NCBI GenBank assembly: GCA_012295275.1
Contig: CM022666.1
Span: 2,170,001 to 2,234,000, forward strand
DNA: 64,000 nt
Direction of reading: 5' to 3'
Source of the DNA: Chrysomallon squamiferum
Taxonomy: Eukaryota > Animalia > Mollusca
Below, in pieces: positions 53,806 to 64,000 of this stretch. Within the stretch, counting starts at the first letter, position 1, and each line of letters opens with the position of its first letter. The position numbers were made by a program, and so were the translations under genes. Under the pieces are notes generated by a model, which saw only the letters and a list, made by a program, of their open reading frames with translations, searched no databases and had not been told where the DNA came from.

Positions 53806-54594
53806 TCATAATAAACATTTAAATATATTTTAAAAAAATAAACAAAATATTTTTGAAAAAAGAAGACTTTAATAATAATAATAATAATAATAATTTTAAA
53901 ATTGATGTTTTAATAATAATAAAATAATAATTTTAAAATTATCCATTTTTATATAAAAAAACTTCATAACAAACATTTCAATTTTTCAAAAAATGTTACA
54001 ACATGTTTTGGATGGGTTTTTTAAAGATTAAATAATAATAATAATAATAATAAATAATAATATTTTTTAATAATTAATAAATATTAATAATAATAATAAC
54101 AAAAATAATAGTAATAATAACAGTAATAATAATAATAGTAGAAAGCAATAATAATTATAATAATTATAACAATAATAATAAAGTGAAACAATATTTATTT
54201 CTGCTGTAGATAAATAGTATAAAAATAGACTACAAATAATCGCATTCAGAGTAACATAAAATGATTGCTGTGGAAAATAATTTGTATTATTTTATATTAA
54301 TTTTATTTTATGTTATTGCATAGATGCCATGCGTCACTTACCTATTCTGACATCTTGATAAATAACACAAGCAAATTAAGCAAATAGTCAACAGTGTAAC
54401 ATACATATTTTTACATTAGCGCGATTTAAAAGGAAAATAGAAATTAAATTTGGTTTTGATTTTTGTGTTGTTTATTTTTGGGAGACAGTACGTCTATTTA
54501 TTTTAATTTATTTTGTTTTATTTATTTATATAATTAGTTTGAAGATTTTATTGAAAATCCTAATTTCAATTTTGAAGGTTTTAAAACAAAAACA

Positions 54595-54679
<85 letters not shown>

Positions 54680-55054
54680 ATGCAAATCAAAAAGAAATTC
54701 CACAATATTTCAAGTATTGGCTCGTCCTGCCAAAAAACACTGTTATGTGTTTTTGAATTCAATGACTTATAAACGACCATAAAAAATCATTTTGTGGTAA
54801 TGCTTTTACAATGTAATTATAGATATACATATTGGACTGTGATGCTGTCCTTTGTGTTATGGTAGTTTGGTGCAAACCTACTACAACAGGATTATTTCTA
54901 ACAGTAGGGTGACAGTAAAAGCTTTTCAGAGTAATTGTGTATTACAACTCTTTGTTTAAATGACAGAGATATTGATTTATATTGAGACTTTCACAAAAAT
55001 ATAGTGAATTTAACAACTACTGTTTTTAGTGTGAATATATAAAAATATAATAAC

Positions 55055-55110
<56 letters not shown>

Positions 55111-56724
55111 CTATAAAAAGTTAAAACCACTGAAAAACAAAACATCTATGGTCTAAACACAGATAAAACATTATTTACATTTGTGTGTGTTTCGCACATC
55201 TCTCTCTACGTATGTTTATTTTGGAATAACTGATACACAACAAACAGACGATGTTTCAGCTTGCATGGAACAACAACTAGCAGGATTTTGTGACATAAAG
55301 ATATTTCATCATCACATATATATAGAGAAGCAGGCTGCAGTTTGCTGATGATACAAATTTGTGTTCAGCTTTCAATGTGATCACAACATCCCTTAGCTAA
55401 TTTATTTTTCACATTTATCAACAGACCATGGTATGCTTTCATGATTCCTTTTAAAATTGCAGCCAAAAATAAAACAGAATTTTTCAATACCAGTAGCAAG
55501 TAAATAAATAAATAAATAATAAAATAATTATAAAAAAAAAATAATTAAATAAATAAAATTTGGTATAAAATATTTTTAACAAAAGAATTGCTAACGTATT
55601 TAAAATCCAAAATTTTATTTTTCAATGTTAATAAATAAATTTGTTTTTAAAAAATAACAATTACAGATTAGTATTTTAGTTTAAAATAACATACTGAATT
55701 AACAGGATTAACAAGAAATTAATAGAATTCCCATTAAATTATTATTTTATTTTCAAACCATGAAATCATTAAAGAGTTTATATATAGATGTGTATTTGAG
55801 TGTAAAATATATATATATATATATATATATAATTATAAATATATCTATGTGTGTGTGTGTCTGTGTGTCTGTCTGTGTGTGTGTGTGTGGCTGTGTGTGT
55901 GTAAATGATCACTGATAATTATAATCAAATTTTAACTAAATAAGTACAATATTGACCACTACTACATTTGAAATTGTCAATAGTGCTGACTCAATCTGCT
56001 GCATTTCAAAATGTATTTTCATTCACTTTCTAACTACACAAGAAACAATAATTTGTCTATTAATATTATATATATTAAAAAGTAGTTAATTATTCATATC
56101 ACTGGACCTCACATTTATTTATGAGCAAATCTTTAATGTAAAAAAAACTCCACAGATCCTCACCAGGTATTATTATTATTATTATTTTCATTATTATGAT
56201 AATTTTTATAATCATTATTATTATGCTTTCTTTTAATTAAATATTCTTTCACTTACTTATCTGTTTATTTATTTTCTTTCATTGTCTTATTTCACAATTA
56301 GTTATAATAAAAACAAATTTTAAATTATATTTCTTGTTAAATCATTAACGTAATAATTATTATTTTATTTTTGGTATTCCTTATATCACAAACATCATAA
56401 CCACCACCATCAGCACCATCATCATCAATATAAGACAAACTAAAGTGTATTTAAAGTGTGTATTAGAGTGTATACCTGAATGCCTCTCCTACAGGACTCA
56501 TGCACAACACAACATGCAGGTTGGCTCGCACTCTCTGAATCAAGTACTGAAATATCAGCTGAGCTGTGTCATCAATTCCCTCTTTGGCTGCATCGTCTAT
56601 CAGCTGGTTTCGAACCTACAGGATAGTTTAAAATAACAGTAATAATAATAATAATAATGATAGTGATAATAATAATAGTAATAACAGTAATAATAATAGT
56701 AATAATAATAATGATAGTGATAGC

Positions 56725-56764
<40 letters not shown>

Positions 56765-59572
56765 GTAATAATAATAACAATAATAATGATGATGATAATT
56801 GTAATAATGATGATGATTATGAAGATAATAATTAGAATAATGATAATGATAATAATAATAACAATAATAACAACAACAATAATGATAATATAATAATAAC
56901 AACAACAATAATAACAATAGAATAACTAATAACAATGATAATATAATAACAACAACATTAATACTTTAATAAGATATTCAACTTGTTAGGAAGTTACCAC
57001 TATACAAGAGAAAATAATTTTAAAAGTTGTTGCCATTACTGATTATTATTTTCTTTTCTAAATAAATAATTAAAGAAGTAAATAAAAAACTAGATTTCCA
57101 TCCATCGATATCAATTTTATTTATTTATTTACTGATTTATTTATTTACTATTTATTTATTTATTTATCTATTTTATTTATTTATTTATTTACCTATTTTA
57201 TTTATTTATTTATTTATTTATCTGTCTATCTATCTATTTATCTATTTTATTTACTTATTAATTTATTTATTTATTTATTTACCTATTTTATTATTTATTT
57301 ATTTATTTATTACCTCTTCAAACTCATCAGTTTTGTAGAGGTTGGGAACCTCTCCACTACTCAAAATGTTGTTAATGTCCTCTAGAAAACTTTCCTCAAC
57401 AACCTGCATGTCATTGAACAGAAACACAGTAGGCTTGTTCTCTATTCCTGACAGTGCATACAGCTTCTTCAGATCTGAAACAAACAAACAATATGTACTG
57501 GCAAATAGATTATATACATAAATAAATAAATAAATAATAAAACAATAAAAAAAACACAGAAATAATGGATACACTTCAGAATACACTATTCACAGCAGGC
57601 AAACACTCAGCAATAAATAATAAATAATAAATAACAACAGTTACCTTCTCTGAACTCCAGTCTTCTGTAGTGTTTGGAGATCTCCACCTGGAAAGTGGTG
57701 TACTCACAGATGTGTGAGGCAAGGCGGGTCAGACTCTGTCTGCCACTCCCACCAATACCCACCAGCAGCATGTTCCCACGGGGCTGTCGAATGACCCTCA
57801 CAATTTTGGATACTGCGACAGAAAGAAAAAACATTTTTATATCTGTGTTTTTTACTTTTTGAGAAATAGGTGTTTTTTTTTTTTTTTTTTAAAAACAAGA
57901 CCATTTATTAGTGCTCAGTTTTGTGTTTGTTTAGAATGAATATTATTTATGTGTATGAAAAGATAGATGGATGGATGGATGGATGGATGGATGGAAAGTG
58001 GGGTGATAGACAGATGAACAGATAATTGGACAAACTGATGGATAGAAGATGGACAGATGGATTGATTGATTGACAGATTGATGGATAAATGAAATGAATA
58101 AATGAACAAACATACTAATGGATGGATTGATGTATGGACGGAAGGAAGAGGAGGACATTTGTTGGACCAGAGAAAGAAAAAACAAATAAGTGATTGAAAG
58201 AATAGGTCAGTGAATGAATGAATGAATGACTAAGTGAATGAATAAAGGAATAGGAGAGTGAATGAATGAATAGATGAATGCATGAGTGAGTAAATGAAGG
58301 AATAGGTGAATGAATGAATGAATAGATGAATGCACGAGTGAGTAAATGAAGGAATAGGTGAATGAATGAAGGAATAGGTGAGTGAATGATGAATGAGTGA
58401 GTGGATGAATACCGTGCTCTATGGCATCTCTGAAAAGGACGAGGTTCATGCGAACAACGCCAGGAGTTGTGTTGTATTCTTCCAGCATTTCCAGCATGTA
58501 CTTCTTCAGTGAATCTATCTTTAGAATGTCTTCATACACCTGGTCAGGGTTCATGTAGTCACCTGTGAGAAAAAAAAAAATTTCAAAAATTAAATTACAA
58601 AAATTAAATTACAAAAATTAAGTTACGAGAAACTGAATATTTTAGTTTGCTATTTCTAAAATATTTAAAAAAAAATATATATATATATTTTTTTTTTAAT
58701 GAATATATTTATTTATAAAATTAAAATATATTTAAAAGGTCTTTTTCAATCAGATAGCTAAAATCTAAGTCACAATGCAAACTAGTAATTAACGGAACCA
58801 AGAAAATAAGACTGCAGATCGTGCCACGTCATGCTTGCTTTAATCTGGAACCAACTCTAATAATGGCTTACCAAAAATTGGCGTCACTTTGTTTGGGCAG
58901 ATGTTGTGGAAGGTCTGATCAAAGAGGACTCCCAGCTTCTCAGACAGAATCGTCACAAAGGCCTCGTTGTCAACGTTGTCAACAAGACGATCAGAAAATA
59001 CTCTGTAAATATCAGAGAAAAAAACCAAAAAAAATTAAAATAAAATTTTTATAAATAATGTGAAATTGCTGAAAATGTAAAAATATAGATGTAATTAGGC
59101 AGATTATGACATGTTCAGATGATCAGAAAATACTCTGTAAGTGTCAGACAAAAAAAAAAAATGTTCAGATGATCAGAAAATACTCTGTAAGTGTCAGACA
59201 AAAATAAAAAATTAAAATAAAATATTTATAAATAATGTCAAATTGCTGAAAATGTAAAAAATATAGATGTAATTATGCAGATGATAACATATGATCAGAT
59301 GATCAAAAAATATTCTGTAAGTATCAGACAAAGATAAAAATAATTATTCATAAATAAATGTGATGTCCAGGTGAATTTCCTGAATATGTAAAAATGTAGA
59401 TATAATTAGGTAAATTGTGACGTTTGTTTGAATGTTTAAATGTAGATGCATGTGTTTGAATTTGTTTTTAAAAGCATGCGTGCAAGAATGTATAAACATG
59501 GGTAAATAGTAGGTATGTTTGTATGGTGTTAGTGTGCACATGTTTATGTATTTGTATTTTACTGGGCATCAA

Positions 59573-59606
<34 letters not shown>

Positions 59607-62461
59607 TGAAATCAATAAAATTATTTTATTAAGCCAAATTATTTGAAAATAAAACTCTTTTTTTTTCCACTAACCTAGTCTGTCTAATCTAAATACATAT
59701 TAAAAACTGAAAAAGATATTTATCTACAACCGTATCCATATCACAGAGAAGAAAATACATACAGATACAGATAAAGATATTTAAAAATATTCTTGTGAAA
59801 GTTATTTTCACCTGAAGCATTCATGGATCCACAGTCTGGTCATTGCATGACGAGTGTCGTGGAAGTCTTTGTGAGCTCTCAGCAACCCTTGAAACACCTG
59901 TAGAGTACACTGACTTTATTAACAGAGCCCTGGTTGGACCGGGAAATAAGCGAGATCTGCATTATTTTACACTTGTTGTTAAGAGCTTTTAAATACACAC
60001 ACACATACATAGACATTTGTATATGTATTTTTTTGTGTGTCTGTGTGTGTGTGTGTGTGTGTGTCACAAAACCTGGTGTGTAGATTGTATAGAACTGTAG
60101 AATTTTCAAATCCACAATATTGAATACCGTTCAATATAGTGAATTTTAGAATTATCCAGGAAAGAGTTTTTAGATTGTTTATAACAATTATTTTTTGTCT
60201 ATATGCAAAACAGAACTTTAACAAAGTTAGTAAAAATGTGTACAGATTTTGTGGACAAAAATTGACTTGAAATTTTCTCAAATATTATTTATTATTTACT
60301 TATAATATACGTCACACTTTTAATGAAAAAGAGCATTACACTGATAAGTGAGTATAATTTATTGTATAATTAAATAAGGGTCAACCAAAAAAAACTTTTC
60401 ACAAACCCACAACACAAAGAATATCCTCCATTATTAGCACCTTGGAAAGACAAAGCACGAAATGAGAATGCGCAATCTTTAAAAAACGAAAATGAAAGTG
60501 AAAGTGAAAGTAGGTTAACGTTACCTTGGAGATGTCTCTCAGGTTAAACAGGTAGTGTATCTTGGTGGGAGTGGGCAGGAAGCGGTTGACAACGCTGTTG
60601 TACATTTCAATGGTGGCCTGGGTCATGATGTCGCCAATCGGCTTCACCTCCTCCTCAAAGTCCTGCAGCTTCTGATTGATCATGCTGCCAAAGATTCGCT
60701 TGATTTGGGACTCCTGGAATGAATGAACAAATAAAATGACACGAATGAGTGAGTGATTGAAAGAATGAAAGAAAGACTGAAATAATGAAGGAACGAATAA
60801 ATGATTGAAAGAATGAAATAAATGAATGATTGAAAGAATGAATAAATGATTGAAAGAATGAAAGAATGAATGAATGACTGAAAGAATGAAAATGAATGAA
60901 ACAATGAAAAAATGAATGAATAAAACTAATGGGCAAATAATTAGCAACATCAACAACAACAACAACAACAACAATAATAACAACAACAACACTATAATCA
61001 GTACTCTAGCACAAAACTGAACAAGTGGATTACTGGATATATGTGTGTATTTTCAACAACAGACCAGTCACTGGATATCAGCAGAACTGAAGAAAATAAA
61101 CGTGTCGTAGTTTCAGTATAATACGTACATGTGGGAAGGTCATGTTGATGAGATTAAACCGACTCTGAAGACGTCGCGAGATGACCATCCTGCCTCCCCC
61201 TGGGGGTCCCATGGCAACCGCTAGGAACATGTCCTGAAATAAAATGTACAAAATTTGAATTTTTTTAAAAAAATTACAAATTATTATTAATAACTTTATA
61301 AATTTAATAATCATGATAGATCAGATTTGATAAATAAGAAAGACCTGTCTTGATGTATTTAATATCTGATAAAGAACATTTGATAAGCAAGAGTTATCTA
61401 CCTTGAAGTATTTAATATCTGATAAAGAATATTTGATAAGTCAGAGTTATCAACCTTGTTGTGTTTAATATCTGATAAAGAACATTTGATGGGTAAGAGT
61501 TATCTACCTTGTTGTATTTAATATCTGACAAAGAACATTTGATAAGCAAGAGTTATCTACCTTGATGTATTTAATATCTGATAAACAGTATTTGATAACA
61601 TTATATGGTGAGTTAGAAGTACCTACCTTAATGTATTTAACATTAAATAACATTTAATAACTAAGAATTGAATACTTGATATATTTAATATCTGATAAAC
61701 AGTATTCGATAAATAACGTTTGGTAAATAACACTTAGATAAATAACACAGACAAATAACATACAGTAAGTAAAAAAAAAAATAACCTATCTTCATATATT
61801 TAATATCTGATATTTAATATCAACTGCTCACCTTGATATATTTAACAGTCTGTTTTGATCTGTCGTACCAGAACCCATAGTCGAGCCACAGTTTGATGAG
61901 TTCAAGAGGAGCCTGTGATCCGAACGTGTCTTTGGCTGGCATGTTGAAGTCATCCATGAATGTGATGAGTTTTTTGCCGCCGATAGGAACATAGACCCCT
62001 TTGTCCTTTTCTCCACCCTGCTTTCAATGATCTCCTGCACGTTGTTTGATGTAGTCTGAAAACACAGCAGTAATTTAGTACAGAAATGTTCAATTTTAAA
62101 CTGAAATTTCATTTTAAGTAAAATGTTTAAGATTAGTATATAGATAGATAGATAGTTAAATAGATAGATACAGATTATAGACAGACTGAAATATATATAT
62201 ATATATATAGATAGATATAGATATAGATATAGATATAGATATAGATAGATATAGATATAGATATAGATATAGATTTAAATTTAGATAGACAGCTTTTAAA
62301 AATTTTAGAACTACAATTTCATTTTAAATGCAATTTTTAAATTTTGTTTTTATAAATTTATTTTTGAAAGTTTTGTATCTTGATGTTTAATTTAATGTAA
62401 TAGTTTCTTTTGAATGAAGATTTTTAATATGTTGCACACACACACACACACACACACACAT

Positions 62462-62512
<51 letters not shown>

Positions 62513-62541
62513 CACACACACACACACACGCACACACACGC

Positions 62542-62622
<81 letters not shown>

Positions 62623-62932
62623 TGTACCTGTGCAGACATGTTGATGTGCAGTATACTGTAGGACTTGTTCAGCTGGTTCAGAGTATTTCCAGCAACTGAT
62701 GTTTTTCCCGTTCCAACTGGACCCACAAGCATCACAGGGTAACTTGACACAATGAGAGACCTGGTGAGAAACTGGTATCTCACCATGTCCACTGTGGGAA
62801 CAATCAACTTGAAAAATGGCAGCCTGAAATTTAAACACTTGAAATTTAGACAAAGATATAATAATAATATGATGATGATGATAATGATGATAAGAACAAC
62901 AACAACAACAATGACAACAACAATAATAATAA

Positions 62933-62971
<39 letters not shown>

Positions 62972-63553
62972 TAATAATATAAAATAATAAAAAAAATAAA
63001 AATAATAAAGAAAATTTTAAAAATAAAATCAAAAAAAAAAAAAATAAAAAAAGGTAATTAAATACAATGTTGAAATAAGCAAATAAACAAAATATGAATT
63101 TGATAAGTAATCAAATAAAAAATAAACTAATATAAAAAATAAACTAATAAAATAACACACAACAACAACAACAACACAAAAATAGCAAACAAATAAACAA
63201 ATACACTAATAAATAAACCAACCTATATTAACATACATAAATAAATACTAACACAGCAACAAATAAAATAAACAAACAAACATTTTAACAACTAAATAAG
63301 ATCACATACGCTGGATTGTACTTCCATCCTCCTTTCAGTTTTTCTTCCCAGTGAACCCACGTTTTGTTCTTCGAGTCGACAAAGTACTCGTAATTGTGTC
63401 TTTGTTTGGGAACGTGCCTTCCATTTCACGGAAATAATTGTCTATTTTTTTCCGCCCGTCTTCATCTGTCGAACAGCACAGTGACCAGATCATACAGAAC
63501 TGGAACCACAGTTCCACCATGTGCACAAAATTGTCAGAGTCGTTTGCATCAAT
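31046..63553 (-). CDS. DNAH2: Dynein axonemal heavy chain 2 (inner arm f/I1 beta type), C-terminal ~2,126 aa, 39 exons, 5' part outside window
   Basis: Exons on -: 63553-63310, 62823-62628, 62055-61832, 61233-61129, 60713-60525, 59897-59812, 59002-58872, 58562-58413, 57812-57645, 57474-57314, 56615-56476, 53105-52973, 52376-52231, 51831-51619, 51088-50972, 50565-50424, 49740-49454, 48955-48791, 48238-48113, 47423-47208, 46678-46528, 46342-46193, 45644-45512, 45236-45092, 44377-44178, 43235-43109, 40977-40791, 40073-39867, 39410-39285, 38921-38730, 38253-38062, 37419-37235, 36664-36442, 35891-35775, 35052-34903, 33725-33548, 32925-32851, 32098-31948, 31200-31046 (TAA). Contains the AAA3 P-loop [11 protein letters not shown]4 GIGGSGRQS, stalk/MTBD and AAA5-6. 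The C-terminus YYYPNRAG...[16 protein letters not shown] matches DNAH2 as recalled from the human protein. There are five 1-2 nt frame breaks (see findings). Confidence 0.92.
31203..31500. repeat. (AAT)n microsatellite directly upstream (sense) of the last DNAH2 exon
   Basis: Near-pure AAT/AGT triplets adjoining the acceptor at 31201-31202. Confidence 0.95.
33735..33980. repeat. 15-bp minisatellite, ~16 copies
   Basis: Unit TAACATTAAAAACAG, next to the DNAH2 acceptor at 33726-33727. Confidence 0.9.
37474..37620. repeat. (CA)n/(GA)n microsatellites
   Basis: Long perfect GA run. Other dinucleotide runs: (CA)n at 38570-38720 and 62434-62619, (GA)n at 55061-55107. Confidence 0.95.
40985..41560. 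repeat. ~43-bp minisatellite containing ACCTGA (CAG|GT on the DNAH2 strand)
   Basis: Unit AATTAACACCTGAGTAATGTATTTATAAAAATCTAATTAAGTA. Copies degenerate with distance from the exon. Confidence 0.85.
43240..43712. repeat. 24-28-bp minisatellite resembling the adjacent acceptor
   Basis: Unit TTTAAACTGAAA(GAAA)CACAAAATACAA, roughly 18 copies. Confidence 0.85.
43755..44185 (-). repeat. 82-84-bp tandem repeat derived from a DNAH2 donor junction
   Basis: ACCT (AG|GT on -) at 43760, 43842, 43926, 44010, 44092 and the true donor at 44176. Spacings are 82, 84, 84, 82 and 84 nt. Confidence 0.9.
47430..47950. repeat. ~26-bp minisatellite, ~20 copies
   Basis: Unit AATATAGAATTTCAGTATGTATAT(AT). Related ATTTCAGT-core repeats occur at 49850-50420. 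Confidence 0.9.
58985..59335 (-). repeat. Tandem duplications of a DNAH2 acceptor junction
   Basis: GATCAGAAAATACTCTGTAA is present at the true junction (~58989) and again at ~59121, ~59171 and, degenerate, ~59301. Confidence 0.9.
61340..61820 (-). repeat. ~53-bp minisatellite containing copies of an exon 3' end plus donor
   Basis: Unit AGTTATCTACCTTGATGTATTTAATATCTGATAAAGAACATTTGATAAGCAAG. Its core resembles the true junction CTCACCTTGATATATTTAACAGTCTG at 61827-61852. Confidence 0.85.
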
Positions 63554-63659
63554 CTGAGATATAAATAATCAAGTTAGTTAGTTAGTTAGTTAGTTAGTAA
63601 ATAAATAAGTAGATAGAATAATATAATAAAGAAAGAAATTGAATAAATGTTAAACACAT

Positions 63660-64000
63660 ACACCTCACTCTATATTATAGAAGCTTAAATTATGTTATAA
63701 CACAATCTCTGATATATTATGTTTTCATCTGTTTGGTACAATGCACTGGTATCATCTATTTCCCCATCATGTGGTAATGTCCAGCTGGTTAGAGAATACA
63801 TTAATAAGAAATGTAACAGATACTAAACACTGCACCTTACAGAAGTTAAATTATGTTGTAACACTATCTCTAATGTTTGGTACAATACCTTGGTATTTTC
63901 TACTTCTTCTTTAGTACTAATTTTTCTCATTCGAAGAGGATAATAACAATTATAACACATACCCCACACTCCACATTACAGAAGTTAAATTATGTTATAA
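63660..64000. repeat. ~140-160-bp degenerate tandem repeat in a DNAH2 intron, truncated by the window edge
   Basis: AGAAG(C)TTAAATTATGTT(A/G)TAA recurs near 63680, 63840 and 63980, with shared TGTTTGGTACAAT downstream of the first two copies. Confidence 0.7.

Noticed and set aside
55338-55375. TGATGA motif in a small palindrome as a box C/D snoRNA
   Set aside because: There is no convincing downstream D box with a terminal stem or recognisable guide. Short palindromes are expected by chance.
226-63032. Many poly-Ile/Leu/Tyr/Asn/His-Thr ORFs that look like membrane or low-complexity proteins
   Set aside because: They are translations of (AAT)n, (CA)n and (ATTC)n microsatellites with no coding context.
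31046-63553. DNAH2 as a pseudogene
   Set aside because: There are no nonsense codons after indel correction, all splice sites are intact and the protein is strongly conserved. The indels sit mostly in homopolymer or CG-repeat contexts typical of consensus error.

Overview
AT-rich, microsatellite-dense eukaryotic DNA, probably from an invertebrate metazoan (inferred from gene content and intron style). Three spliced protein-coding genes can be rebuilt by hand with GT-AG junctions in consistent phase. (1) A BCOR/BCORL1-family corepressor on +, with its 5' end outside the window: 12 exons, 1-16170, PXDLS motifs, ankyrin repeats, a PUFD-like region and an unusual ~500-aa C-terminal tail. (2) A complete ARGLU1 on -: 5 exons, 247 aa, with a candidate poison exon in the intron equivalent to the autoregulated vertebrate intron. 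(3) The C-terminal ~2,100 aa of axonemal dynein heavy chain DNAH2 on -: 39 exons, 31046-63553. Seven small frame breaks (2 in BCOR, 5 in DNAH2) look mostly like assembly indels. The most striking unexplained pattern is that many intronic minisatellites are tandem copies of the neighbouring exon-intron junction, producing arrays of decoy splice sites, including a 6x AG|GT array. I recognised no prokaryotic systems, CRISPR arrays, tRNA/rRNA genes or intact transposons. All coordinates were counted by hand.
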